The notes under the pieces were generated by a model. The model made no database searches. It saw nothing but the letters and a program-made list of their open reading frames with translations, and was not told the origin of the DNA. This document shows, piece by piece, positions 51,473 through 64,000 of a stretch of 64,000 bases of DNA. Origin of the DNA: Camelus ferus (lineage: Eukaryota); NCBI RefSeq assembly GCF_009834535.1, contig NC_045697.1, positions 80,044,001 to 80,108,000 on the forward strand. The letters are read 5' to 3'. Position numbers and translations under genes: made by a program. Within the stretch, counting starts at the first letter, position 1, and every line of letters begins with the position of its first letter.

Positions 51473-53584
51473 GGGGCTGCCCAATTCTCACAACAGAAAC
51501 CACGCATTCACTTGATATGCAACTTCCCATTTCATTAGAGGGCTGACCTAACTGGCCGGATTAATGGGATACCCTGATATTTCCACGTCTAGCAAATACA
51601 CGGCATCTCATTTGAGTTTTTCCCCCATCCTCTTTAACTGTAAGCTAATTTGTGACCAAAGATAGCATCCTTCATTCTGGATGCTGTATCCACCACTTTG
51701 TTGTGTCTGTGCTAACCTGGGAACTGGCCGCCTCCATTGTTCTTGGCTTCTGCACAAGCTCCATGAAAATCCATTGAACAGAAGAACTTCACCGGCAGAC
51801 CTCTTCCAATGATGACACATAGGAATCCTACAAAGAGAGATCTGTGTACAATATGTAGCTAAAATGCTCAGATGGACAACACGTTAAAATTAAAACCACT
51901 GCCTGTCATAACTACACTGGGCATCACAGAAAAAAGGCCTCTAGAAATTGCTGAACAACGATTCATTAAGATATTGCTAACACAATCGAATGATGACACA
52001 GTTCTACTGCAAAAGAAGCACTTCAGACCTACCATGTCCTTAGAACTTCCAGAGTAGCCCTTGCTCCTAGTTAGCGATGGACTAATAACCTTGAAGAACT
52101 GTCCTAACTAAGCACTTACTGCTGATGCTGGCCAGCCAGTGATTTATGACTTGCCAACAGCCACTGAGGGAGGGCAGGAAGGGAGTGGAGGTGACCAGAA
52201 GGAAACAATAAGGTACTCAGGTGCTGGCAGCTGCATCCTGTGCTGTCCGGCATCTTCAGGTCCTTTGGATTTGGGACACGTTGGCAGGGTATTTTAAAAA
52301 GCTATAACTACTGTAGTTTTCCAGTTTTCATTGCTGCTTTAGCAAACCACGCTGTCTTATTGGTGGTACTTTCTCCTGGCCACTGCACTGTAGATAATTC
52401 ATTGGAAACAAGATTTGCCCACTACACAAATGGTTAAGCTCCTTCACCATGTTGGAGTAGTTTCTTCTTCTTTTTTTTACCCCCCCTCTGGGTTTATATC
52501 TTCTCTGATACCTGCATGTAGCATTGAAGAATCAAAACCACAGTCCAGACCCCTCTTCTGATCACATTAATGGTTTTCATTCTTTTGACCCTCAGCAAGC
52601 ACTGTTCACTTTTCAGCTAGGTCTGTTTTTTAGCTTGCAGACTAGATTGAGAAATCCTGAAAAATTTGGTTTGGGTTAAAATTTTTGATTTATTTATTTG
52701 AAATCCAAACTCCCTTGGAAACTCTGAAGTGTGTTCGTGCACTTTCCTGTTTGTTTCAGAGAAGGGACTTTAATCATCTGAGTGATTTCCACGTCCTATT
52801 CCTTATTCCTCTAGTGGTTGACGCTGTGTAGCATTTTAACATATATATATATATTCACAAATATATTCATATAAACAGTATACATTTTGAATCAGTTATT
52901 TGTTAAAGAAAAGTATATTCAATGAAGATGAGATTAAAAAGATTTTAAAAACCAGAGTCTATCCTCCAGGGATTAAACATTTTCCAATTCTATCTGGTCT
53001 TTTCCTGTTGTGCAAAAATGACTCATTGTTCCGAATGTCAAAAGCAAATACGACAAACAATGACACTTCATCATTTCAAGTAACGTTGCCAAGAGAGAAA
53101 ATTTCCTGGGAGGGAGGTTTCCCACAAGCCAGATCTCCTAAGCCTCAAAGGCTAGTACTGTTTGGCAGTTGGATAGGAAATAAAGCATTCTTTGGCAGCC
53201 AAAATGAAGGAGGCCAGTGGTGAACCTTTTTGAGACTCACCACGGCCTTCTTGTCCAAACCTTCACTGGAGCTCAAGAAAAGCATTTCTGTTGTGTTATT
53301 TGCAGTGCAGATGATGTCTGTGTAACAACATAATGGTTATTCACCTTTTTTTTTTTTCAGTTTTGATTTTTGCTGTGTAATCAAAAAACTTGAATACTGT
53401 GAGAAGAAGTGAATTTTCAGTTGACGAATCAGCATCTTGTTCCCATGGTGATAACACTAATTGAATATATCTATGAGGGCATGTATTAGTTAACGGAAAA
53501 AAAATACAACACTAACAATACATAGCTGCAATGTGTACAATGGCTGATTTAATTAAATAAAATGTACAAGTGTTAAATGTGGCA
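51473..53584 (+). other. ANK2: ANK2 3'UTR (begins at 51304 for the short-tail isoform)
   Basis: Stretch without recognisable interspersed repeats between the stop codons and the polyA signal; cleavage position approximate. Confidence 0.8.
53552..53561 (+). terminator. Polyadenylation signal (overlapping ATTAAA 53552-53557 and AATAAA 53556-53561)
   Basis: TGTA elements on both sides; GT/T-rich sequence downstream. Confidence 0.85.
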
Positions 53585-53689
53585 ACAGTGATTGGTTCTT
53601 CTTTATCACTCACATGTGATTTCAGGAGATGAGAAACTTAATAGACAAGATAGATGTGAAGCCAAAAGAAAGGCACGACTTGCTTTTGT

Positions 53690-53842
53690 TCTTTTTTTTT
53701 TTTTAACTTTATTGTGGTATAATTTCTGTAGAGTAAATTACACATATTTCAGATGCACAATTCAGTGACTTTTGATAGATGTCTACACCTATGAAACCAC
53801 CGCCACAATCAAGATCCCTAACAATTCCGTCACTCCCCAAGA
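53690..53842 (-). mobile_element. L1M 3' end fragment just beyond the polyA site
   Basis: T run then aactttattgtggtataattt...aaccaccgccacaatcaagat. Confidence 0.7.
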
Positions 53843-55644
53843 TGTGCAAGTTTCTCGTTTTCCTTTGGTAGCAGAATGTGATAAGCCCAACTCTGTATTA
53901 AGCCCTGGGAGGAATAGAAAGATGTTGACCCTGCCCTCAGAGAAATTTTATTGTTACTCTTATGCAAAGGGGGAAGATAAAAGTTGATTTTTAGTTTGGG
54001 GATCGCTAGTAAATGAGAAATAGGAATATGGGGCCTGGAGGAGTTGAGGAGAGAGGGTAACCAGGGGTCAGCAGCACAGCCTGGGGCCCCATTTCACTTC
54101 TCTCCTATAAGGTCAGGACTCTCCGAAAACACCTCCTGCCTTTGGGAACAGCATTTCACTCTGGGGTTCTATTCATTTCTTATAGCCTGAGAATTAGAAA
54201 TTATAAATGGATCCATTAATAAAAGACAAGGGCTGGAATATGCAAAACTGAAACCTGTTCTATTTGGAGCATATTTTTTGGTTTTTGAAAAATCCCCTTA
54301 GTGCTGCTGTAATAATATTTTTATACTGCAAAAACAGAAAGACATGGTTTAAAAACTGAGTGGGTTTTACTTCCATCTTACCCAGTATGAGATAGGAAGC
54401 TCTCCTGCCTGGTTGATTTACAAGATCTTCCAAAATTAAAGTACCAACTATGCTTGAAATTTTTCAAAGAAAAGAATCAAAGTTAAAAAAATTTTCCCAA
54501 GTAGGAGTGTGTGAGTGAACATCCATCTTCCACCCATCTGTTTCATGTGCTGTGCTTTCTGCTGACAGAAGCTCTGGGCTTCCATTGCCTTGAGTTTGAT
54601 CAAGGAGATGAAAGCATCAGAGGCTGCTCAGTGTCTCCCCACGTTTAATTATGTGGTGTGCAGACCCCAGTACAAAAAGAACAGTGGTTTATATGACCTT
54701 TTACAGAAATATATTTAAAGTGTAAGGTGAGGCGGAACCCTCCAGACTGAGGGAAGTTTATGTACAGCTCATAAATGACTTGAATTAGCCATAAGGAGGT
54801 GCAAATTCCGTACAGGCACATTGACACAGACTTGAATTTGAACTTGAAGTTGCCTGTGTCATTTAATTTATGTCATCACAGGTCTAGGTGTGGGCAAGCA
54901 GACAAGCACATGAATAAACAGATAAAGGGAAGCTAAACAAATACTTAACGAGAACCCAAATCACGACATGCTTTTCGTGATTAATGGCACAAAGATGGTC
55001 TGCTTGTTTTCATTACACTTTTGAAAAGAACTGTTTGAAAGTCTGTCTTCAGCTGCTGCTACCTGTTTGAAAACACACTCTCCTACCTTCAGTTAAGGTA
55101 TGATTTCTGTTTCTGATCTAATTGAAGTTACAATTACAATCACAATCTCAGAATGAATCACCTAAGTAAAGATGTAATACAACTTTTTCTCACTCTAATA
55201 ATAGAAACATTTAAGAAAATCTTTCAACTATCATAAGAAAAATTTTGATTCCCAAATCCTGCACACAAGTTAAAATATTCTTTTTTGGTTACATTCAGAC
55301 TTGCTGGGAAAAACCAAAGTACTTTCTTGCTTGCTTTGAATTAGCTCCATGGTATGGAGTAAATGATATGTATGAATATACTTTGGGTAGAGCTGTTACG
55401 GACAGTAGCCAGAGATGTGACAGTGGTATTTGTAGGACTTCAGTGGGTCTCTTCAATCAGTGGAAGTGTTCAGTTGATAAATCCTTGAGATGTTTCAGTG
55501 AAGTAATATGACACAGAGGTTAAATAGCTGATCTTGGATAAGACTGGATTGGAATCAGCCCAGCTATGTCAATATTTACATGACTTCATGAAAGTTTACC
55601 CTCTGGAACACAATTCCCTCATCAGTAAAATAAGAGGTAATAAT

Positions 55645-55855
55645 ACAGTCATACGTCGTTAGCCCAGGGGGATCAGTTCCAGACCCCTACGGATACCAAA
55701 ACCGGCAGGTGCTCAAGTTCATTACGCAAAATTGTGTGGTAAAGCCAGCCCTCCAAATCTGTGGGTTCCACATCCAGGGATTCAACCAAAGAAAAACTGA
55801 TCTGCAGTGGGTTGAATCCATGAACGCGGACCGAGGGTAAGGAGGGCCGACGGTG
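55645..55855. mobile_element. MER2-like Tigger MITE
   Basis: tacagtcat...ggataccaaaa...gttgaatcc...ggagggccgac. Confidence 0.7.
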
Positions 55856-56639
55856 CCTGCCTCAGAATCCTCCGGCCTCACCGGACCAGGGGAGGGCAGC
55901 CAGTCCTGCCCCATTTGTCAACCCCTCTAATCCGGGAGTGCCACGGTGGCCTGTGTGTCCTTGAAGGCCATTAGTTACAGACTCATACTTGTGACCTTCC
56001 GCTTGTGTGGGGAGGAGTGAGCTCTGGGTAGGTATTGAAAGTGTTAGCCTTCCAGGTCAGAGAATAGAGTTAAGTGCTTGCTCTCAGGGGCTCACGGGAC
56101 ACGCTTGTCAGCTCGCCCTTCGATTCACTTCCCCTTCAGAGGAAGGGTTCTTCAGGGTCTCTTTTTCTTCCCAGGCCCTCAAAGCATGGTTCTGGTTTCC
56201 GATCCTTTTTTTAAACTTCCCACACATACTCTATTTTTGGTTTTCATTTTTCTTCACTTTCAAAACTGCGGAATTAGATAAAGCCACCCAAATTCCCCTA
56301 CTGAATGTTCCCCACTGGCAGCAGGGCCAGCTCAGCTGCTTCAAAGAGAAGTGCTGGCAGGGCCCTGGACTGATGGAGGTGGATGTGAACACAACAGCTG
56401 GCTTTGAGGATGTGCAGAAACAATGGGATATCAATGTCAGCATGAAATACACATCGAGCCTGTTTTTCTTGGGCGTGGACCAGAGCTCAGCGCTCCTCCA
56501 GGCTGTGACAGAGGGCTTCCATGGAACTCGCATAGCAGCAACTTCTGAATGAGTTGGACCCCGTGTGAATTTTCCAAGTAACTCACAAATAATTGATAGC
56601 TCAGAAAATGGCCTCCACAAGCACATGCTGTCACCCCTG

Positions 56640-56852
56640 AGAGTCACAGGTGGTCGTTGGCACCTCTAGAGCCGGTTGGTGACACAGGAGACAACCTGGG
56701 GTTCTGACTAGCGTCTGAAGCTGGGGCAGAGGGGTGGGGTGAGGGAAGGGACAGTCTTGTAAGACCCAGCCCTTAACCGGTGGGATCTGATGCTGTCTCT
56801 GGGTAGATGGTGTCAGATTTGACCCATCCAGCTGGTGTCAGGGAACCCCCCC
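56640..56852 (+). mobile_element. MER21-like LTR fragment
   Basis: tgggatctgatgct..ct..gggtagatggtgtcaga...ccagctggtgtc. Confidence 0.6.

Positions 56853-56853
<1 letters not shown>

Positions 56854-56910
<57 letters not shown>
56854..56910. repeat. Long perfect (AC)n microsatellite (~28 units)
   Basis: Seen directly. Confidence 0.95.
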
Positions 56911-56912
<2 letters not shown>

Positions 56913-57075
56913 AGTTGGAAACAGAACACCTTTAGGGAGATAATCAGGGAAGAAATATTTATAAAAAAAAAATGACCTAACTTTATGTAAGTAAATTTAG
57001 AAACCTGAATAAAAGAGATGATTTTGTTTAAACAGAAATTACTAAAATTGAAGAGACAATAAAGGTAAACACCAA

Positions 57076-57576
57076 TGTGATGGCTAATTTAATCTGTCAA
57101 CCTGACTGGGCTGACGGATGCCCAGATGGCTGGTACCACATTATTTCTGGGCGTCTGTGCGGCTTTTTCCAGCGGAGTTTAGCGTTTGCTGGGCAGACTG
57201 GGTAAAGACCCGCCTTCACCAGTACAGGTGAGGCTCATCTAGTTCATTAAGGGCCTAAACAGAACAAAAGGCAGATGGAGGGTGAATTTGCTTTAGCTAG
57301 GACATCTATCTTCTGTCCTTAGATGTCAGTGCTCCTGGTTCTCCGGCCTTGGGACTTGGACCAGAACTTGTACAATGGCCCCCTTCTTCTTCGGGCCTTC
57401 GGGCTGGGCTGGAACTACACCACGGGCTTCCGTGGGCCTCCTGCTTGCAGACAGTGGATCGCGGGACCTCTCAGCCTCCAAGATTGCGTAAGCCAGTTCC
57501 TCACAATAAGTCTCTTTCTATCTACTTATATATATCCTATGGGTTTGGCTTCTCTGGAGAACACTGATTTTAATAC
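57076..57576 (+). mobile_element. ERVL solo LTR (MLT2-like)
   Basis: tgtgatggctaattt..tgtcaacctgactgggct start; tctctggagaacactga..taataca end. Confidence 0.85.
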
Positions 57577-57779
57577 ACTCAGTGACTGTGGGAGAAATTA
57601 AGAATGTAGCCAAAGATTTAACCCCCCAAGAAAGCGCCAGAACTCTGTGCTGTCACAGATGGATTCTATTAAGCTTTAATTACACAGATAATTCCAATAG
57701 CATTTACACTGCCACAGGGCCCTGGGAGAACAGAAAATTTCCTTTTTTTTCTTTTTCTTTTTTTTTTTTTTACAAAGCA

Positions 57780-58330
57780 ACATATCTTTGGTACCAAAAC
57801 TGGACAGGATACAATCAAAAACATTCAAAATAACAACATTAACAAAAACCCATAGACCAGTTTTTCTAAGGCATAGCTATGTAAAAATCACAAATAAAAT
57901 AGCAAATATAATTTGGCACACACTTTAAAAAATAACAAACTCTGACCAAGTGACGTCATTCCAAAATGCAAAAATGGCTCATTACTAGTAGCTGTTAATT
58001 TAATTACTCACATTGAAAGGTCAACAGAGAAAAACAATCTGTGATCATTTCTATAGATGGCCAAAAGGCATTTGGTAAAATGTAGTATCCAGTCTTGATT
58101 TTTGTATCTTTTTAAGAAGTCAGAAGTCATATATTCTCCCTTAAAATGATCAGCACTTTCTTAATAAATGTTCAAATAAATTGGTTAAGAACATTTAAGT
58201 CATGCCCATCTTGGCACAGCTTTTGCAATAAGAGAGAAAACCTTATCTCTGACTCCATACCACACACAACCACATGTCTCTCCTCAACGGCCTTCAGTAT
58301 CATCAGCATCATAAGACAGAAACAGAACAA
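57780..58330 (+). mobile_element. Degraded L1 ORF2 (reverse transcriptase) fragment
   Basis: Near 58047 encodes ISIDGQKAFGKM, resembling the L1 ISIDAEKAFDKI motif; disrupted by stops. Confidence 0.7.
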
Positions 58331-58689
58331 TTTAGTAACACATTTCATGTTCTTTATTTATTGGGGGCAAAAGTGAGCTTGATAGAACACTAGAGGAGGC
58401 AACTTGGAAATGGCACAATTGGCCAGGAGGTCATGTATTCCCTTACAAGGTTTGCAGGTCCTATTTTCTAGAGTCAGGTAAGCTAGCCAAAGCTAAGTCG
58501 GAGGCTTGTGATCAGTGTGATTGGCATTTATGTTTCTTTGACAGTGGGGGCTGACTGAGATTTGTGACGTGGGCCAGACCACTGGGGCAGGCTCCATTTT
58601 GTGCATTCCAATATACAGATTACCTTTATCACCAGCAAAAGCATTCCTTTTTTGTTTCTTTTCCTGCCACACCCCCCAACTAGGGTTTT

Positions 58690-59110
58690 TTTTTTTTAAT
58701 TTTAGTAAGATTTTCAGAATTTTCATACAGTTGATGTATAATATTATGTTACAAATGTGCAATATAGTGATTCACAATTTTAAAGGTTATACTCCATTTA
58801 TAGTTATTATAAAATATTGGCTATAGTCTCTGTGCTGTACAATATATCCATGTAGCTTATTTTATACATAATAGTTTGTTCCTCTTAATCCTCTACCCCT
58901 CTCTTGCCCCTCCCCCACTGGTAACCACTAGTTTATTTTCTATATCCGTGAGTCTGTTTCTTTTTTGTTATATTCACTAGTTTGTTGTATTTTTTAGATT
59001 CCACATATAAGGGATATCACACAGTATTTGTCTTTCTCTGTCTGGCTGATTTCACTTAGCATAATACCCTTTAAGTCATCTATGTTGTTGCAAATGGCAA
59101 AATTTCATTG
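58690..59110 (-). mobile_element. L1 3'UTR, antisense
   Basis: ttttagattccacatataag...atttcacttagcataat motif; similar to the 16205-16650 copy. Confidence 0.85.
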
Positions 59111-59494
59111 AAAATATTCCCATTTTCATTTGTATCAAAGCTTGTTCACCTGTCTCTTTGTAAAGTAATATCATTTGTGGAATATTTATGAATCAGCACA
59201 TGTAAATGTGTCAAAATTAATACATTCATGAAATTATTTAAAGCAAAAGAATAGAAAGAATGTGTAACAAATAGAGGATTCTTCTGTTTGTTACATGATG
59301 CAAATCGAAATAATTTACTTTTAAGATGTATTCACAAATGATATTGCACTTTTGAGCAAAATTTGTTCTTAATAGAAAATAACTTTTACTTCATTGCTTT
59401 TTGTCTAGTAACCTGGATTTTTAAAAATAAATTAAAGGCACTAAGGATTTTCCATTTGGGTCTTTTCCCAGACTAATGGTATGTGTATGATTCT

Positions 59495-59851
59495 CTCTCA
59501 TGACGCTGGGCAGTGGCCGCAGCTCCCAGTCAGCCACGCCATCACAAGGATAAACATCTGATACACTTACAACCATTCTGTCCCCAGATAACCATTCTGT
59601 TTTTCACTTTCAGTAGAGAACTCAATAAATTACATGAGATATTCAACACTTTATTATATAGTAGGCTTTGTGTTAGATGATTTTGCCCAACTTTAGACGA
59701 ATGTAAGTGTTCTTAGCATTTTTAAGGTAGGCTAGATTCAGCTATGATGTTTGGTAGATTAAGTGTATTAAATGCATTTTTGACTTACAATATTTTCAAC
59801 TTTCAACGGGTTTATCAGGACATAACCCCACTGTAAGTTAAGGAAGATCTG
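59495..59851. mobile_element. MER47/Tigger5-like DNA transposon
   Basis: cagctcccagtcagccac...ggtttatcaggacataacccc..tgtaagttaagga...ctgta. Confidence 0.75.
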
Positions 59852-60027
59852 TATGCAAAAAGAGGAATAATTCTGCATATGATTTGTATGGAAAGAATTT
59901 TAGCTATTGGTAAATATAAATAGTAACAAACATCTAGTAGTTTTAACTTTCACTTCATAATGCAAATAGCATATAGACTTTGGTACATGCCTGTTGAACC
60001 TTCTGCAAATAAGTAGTTCTTGTTTTA

Positions 60028-60246
60028 CAGCTGACCCTTGAACAACACAGGTTTGAACTGTGAGGGTGCTCTTACATGCAGCTATTTCTCAATAGTAAAT
60101 ACTATAGTACTTACACAATCCTCAGTTGGGAAATGTGGATATGGAACCACAATACTGAGGGCCTGGTACAAGATATACCCGAAATTTCAACTCCACGGAG
60201 GCTCAGTACCCCTAACCCCCACCCTCCCATATTCAGAAATGAACTG
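60028..60246. mobile_element. Tigger2-family MITE (MER8-like), opposite orientation to the 4048 copy
   Basis: ta-cagctgacccttgaacaacacaggtttgaactg start; aactgta end. Confidence 0.75.
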
Positions 60247-60629
60247 TATGATCTTTTTTCTATTATTGTTCATAAGAAAATTTCCCCAACGTGCCACTAG
60301 AGGGCAGCAGACGGTAGGTCATTTGCCCAGCGGCTCCAGGTGGTGTCCGCTACAAATAGAGTGGAAATCTCCCAGCTCTGGAGATCTGTGACTGGAAAAG
60401 TTGCTGGACTTTTCCAAATCTCAGCTTTACTGGGAAAATGGGGAGGGGGTGTGGGCTGGAAGACTTTAAGACCTCTGCCAGCTCTAACAGGCTGTGATTG
60501 TAGCTTGCAGTCAGATTCACATAGTGACTACAGTGACCGTTCAGTGAAAATTTAACCACATTGAAGTTTATTAAACAAGTAAAAGCTACTTAAACCCAAA
60601 TCTGTTTAGATATTATTCTATTCTTTTAA

Positions 60630-60862
60630 AAATAGCTAACAGTTTTTGAGAGCTTCTTATGAACAGATACTGTTCTAAGCACTTTGCTTGTACACTACAA
60701 CGTTCCTGTTGAGGGACATGGAGTTAGCCTTCCCATTTTGCCGCAGAGGAAGGTGAGGTACAAGGAAGTGAAGTACTTGCCCAAGGTCTCGCAACCAGGA
60801 GTGGTAGGGCTGGGATGTGAGAGCTCTGATGCCAGAAGCCACATTTATAATAACTACTCCAT
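60630..60862 (-). mobile_element. MIR SINE
   Basis: cccattttg..gcagaggaa..tgagg...acttgcccaaggtc. Confidence 0.7.
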
Positions 60863-61827
60863 CATATTGGGAATTACTTGTATAATGAAAGGCAGCCCAA
60901 ATGTCTAATAAAACGTTATTAATTGCAGCTGGCTGGCAAGTCAGTTTTGTCTTTAGAGAAAATGACTTTCTTGGGAGCTTTTCCGAAGCATATAATCATG
61001 CAATTGCATCCTGTACCTTGTTATTTAAGCAATATTTTGTTACCATAAAAGCACTGTAATCTCTTCATTGCAATGGCTGTTGATCTCCATGCTAATCTCT
61101 CCCTCTCTCCTCTCCACAGCCGCTGCGAATGTTCCCCCATAGATTTTCCTAGCTTAATTTAAGACAAACTTGACTAGAATCTGCTATGCCCCCAAATCCA
61201 TTCCATATCTCTCCCTTCCTCACCTTTCAGGCCAAAATTTCCAACTACCGTTCCCAGGTAGGTGGAGAGGAACCTAGAGGAAGGGAAGAGCACAGCCAAG
61301 AAGGAGGGCGTGTGTAAGGCAGATTCAGGCGCTAGGAATAGATCAGTTTTCACGACGGAGGAAGCTAGTTTTGGGGAATGATGAGAAGTAAATCGGAGAA
61401 GATTTTTAACATTAAGTTACAGATAGTCTTGAATACCAGGCTGCGGAGTTTGGATGCTATGTGGTTGGCCCTACACAACCACAGCAGATACTTGACCAGG
61501 AAAGTGCTGGGTAGAATGGGTTGAAGCGGTAGAGACAGGAGACAGAGCAGTCGTGCGCGGTCCAGGAAAGAGGGTCGAAAAAACACCAAAAAGAAAAGAA
61601 AATCCTGATGGTGATACCAAAATCAACCTTTTTGAAAATAACCTTTTTATAAAATAGAATGTAACTATCAAGGACAGGGTTTATTAAAGTAAAGCTGTAA
61701 CGTGTTCGGACTGACAAACAGCTGATAAATTTTCGGAGAGTTGCTGGTATGTGGGGTAAAATGTTATTTTGCAAAGGAAAAATGCATATACAAATACATG
61801 TATGCGTAACTAACGTTCTGGAAAAAA

Positions 61828-62420
61828 CCGAGGGATTAGGAGGGAGGGGTGGTCTGTGGCGCGCATGCGTGTCCGCGTACGCATGCGCACACGTGATTTG
61901 GCCTGAGGGCCTGTTTCAGTCCTGCGGCTCTGACGGCGGCTCTGACCGCGGCTCCGATCTCTGGAGCCCGTCTGCCGGCTGCTTGATAACTGCCCACCTA
62001 ACCCCAGCTGCCAGTACTCTGTTTTGGGGGCCGCCTCACGCTGCATGTCCTCATACTGAGTTCTTCTTGCGCCACCTCAAGGTCAGTCCCCTTTCCCTGT
62101 CCGCTTGGCCGTTGTGCCGCTTGCCCTGTGAATCTCTGCAAGTGCAGGCAGTACCAGAGCCGACCTGCTCCTCGCCTCTGCGCTGCCCCGGTGGACCGCT
62201 TCGCACTCTTTGGGCCGGAGCAGGCGATGTAGGTCTCCTCGGTTACAGAGAACACGTGCTTACCGGGCAGGTGGCTTCCATGAAGCTCCCCGTGCTTCGC
62301 TGGGGATTGAGAAGGGAGCTCACAGGACGTCAGCGGTCTCAGCAAGGTGCAGGCACCCTCAGTTTTCGAAAGTTCACTTCATGCCACGTCGCCTTTACGA
62401 GACACCTACGTTAGTACCTG
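61828..62420. promoter_or_regulatory. CpG-rich island-like element with NRF1-type motifs and an E-box
   Basis: Locally dense CpGs; gcgcatgcgt 61861-61870, acgcatgcgc 61879-61888, cacgtg 61890-61895; activity unproven. Confidence 0.5.
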
Positions 62421-64000
62421 TTTTCACTAGCTGAATTTAGGATTTTAGTGTATACGGGAAAAGGCAAAAATCAAAAATAGCGTTCAGTGTTTGTTTTGCA
62501 GGAGCCCTTATAGGGGCAGCGCGTGTCCCCAGCCGCAAGAGCCCCACCTCCAAGCTCCTTCCCCCAGACTACACTTGGCATCTCAGCATCAGGCCACCAT
62601 ACCTTTGAGCCGTGTCTGTGAGTATCTGTGCTTTTTTTCCTCCATTTATTTTGTGTACCCCTTAGCCAGATGTGACCTTTAGGGAACTGCGTCTTTGCTC
62701 TGTGTCATTTCGGCTTACAAAGTTTTCCTGGGAACGCTGTACTTTCAGGTAGCAGAGGAAACTTGTACTCCACGCCGTCAGTCCCGGCTCTTCCCCCACC
62801 GTCCCCTTTCTGTTTGATTCTTGCCGAGTGAGTGATGAGCTCGGGTTGCCAAACTGGTTTCACAAACTCAGCTTGTCCTGCATGGGGGGATGGCCAAGCA
62901 CCTATGGTTCTTGCCCTTTGGGCCTTGCAAACACTCCAGGCTCTGAGTCAGCAGAAAAGTATCATTTAGCATCTGAGACACATGCATGCACACGCACTTG
63001 GTCACACTCACAGGTTCTCACACTCATACACATAGGCTCTCACACATTCATGCACAACATGGAGAAAGGACAAGATGACATCTGCTAGTACAAGAATTAA
63101 CTTTTATTCTTTTTCTATTTTTCTGTGCTTTCCAGGTTTTCTGCTTTGAAAATATACTCCTTTCACAAGTAACAAAACAGTGTATATTGTAAAATAGAAG
63201 GAAATAAAAGCAAAATAAATTTTATATAATACACCTGTTCCAATTTAGTAAAACTGTAATATGTCTAATGACCCATTAGACTCATTTCTATTTGTGAAAC
63301 GTCATAGTTTCATTCCTTACCTTGCAGAAATCCTTACTAACTTATGTCATAAAATAAGTGAAATATTTATATATTTTAAGTTATTGAACCTTAAAAAGGA
63401 GACCTTACAATTGTGCTGATTTCACATTTAGTTGAAAGTTCAGTTTGGAGCTTTATATTGCATTAGAAATTGTTGTGGCTCATAAATATTTATTTAGAAA
63501 ATCTGATTAATGCGTGAATGTTCTTCCTCTCCTTCAGATAATCACAACATAAGCCCAGAATCACGCATGTAACGTTAACAACTTCGCCCCCACCCTCTCA
63601 TCTCACCACAGACTGGGGCTTCTGAATGTGCTTTCATTCTGGCCTCGTATATCACAGCCACTTTGTCATCGCCAATGAGAGTTACAGGTGATCCTAAATT
63701 TGGCCAACAACTAACTCAACAAAACAGTCAAAAGGTTGATTGGAATTTCCACTTTCAAAATAAATTTTTGAAAACAATTTTTATAAACCAAATCTGAACT
63801 TGGGTTTACGTATAAGGAAGTTAATATTCTTAATTATCCATCCTTCTGCTTGTAATGGAATGTGAAGGTGACAGTGAATCACATCCCCTCTCCTGTGAGT
63901 TCTCAGCCAGATGGGGAAAAGTTTTAGGGGTAAAGATCAATTTTAATTTGGTAAGTAAAGTAGGATTAGGCAGGGGTTTGGAACCAAAATTAGGCTTCCT

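Larger units (their letters stand above)
3480..53584 (+). other. ANK2: ANK2 (ankyrin-B) gene, 3' portion (exon 27-equivalent to polyA site); 5' part lies upstream of the window
   Basis: Ordered series of phase-compatible GT-AG exons whose translation matches ankyrin-B (ZU5-ZU5-UPA, giant insert, death domain, C-terminal region) as recalled. Confidence 0.98.

Noticed and set aside
56007..56647. Overlapping 181-aa and 138-aa ORFs downstream of ANK2
   Set aside because: Non-ATG starts, no recognisable protein, no polyA tail or TSD to support a retrocopy; a BLASTX search would settle it
61749..62414. 221-aa ORF in the CpG-rich element
   Set aside because: GC-rich sequence is depleted of stop codons; translation has no recognisable domain
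53600..64000. Exons of the expected downstream neighbour CAMK2D on the minus strand
   Set aside because: No kinase-like or association-domain-like translation seen; the gene presumably lies beyond the window

Overview
Mammalian genomic DNA containing the 3' half of ANK2 (ankyrin-B) on the + strand. A Vic-1-type tRNA-derived SINE suggests a camelid source. I reconstructed 23 GT-AG exons with consistent phases between 3480 and ~53584. They encode the ZU5N-ZU5C-UPA spectrin-binding region, two microexons (33 and 22 nt), the 6255-nt neuronal giant exon, the death domain and an alternatively spliced C-terminal regulatory region. The terminal exon is read in two frames and carries a ~2.1-2.3 kb 3'UTR with AATAAA. 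Exon numbers follow human NM_001148 as recalled and are not database-checked. Introns and the 3' flank hold L1, L2, MIR, MaLR/ERVL LTRs, Tigger/hAT MITEs and microsatellites. I found no new multi-gene system. The best leads are: a possible small-ankyrin-1-like internal first exon around exon 43'; candidate frame-preserving microexons and a perfect 15-bp hairpin upstream of the giant exon; the dual-frame terminal exon; and an orphan CpG-rich NRF1/E-box element ~8 kb downstream.
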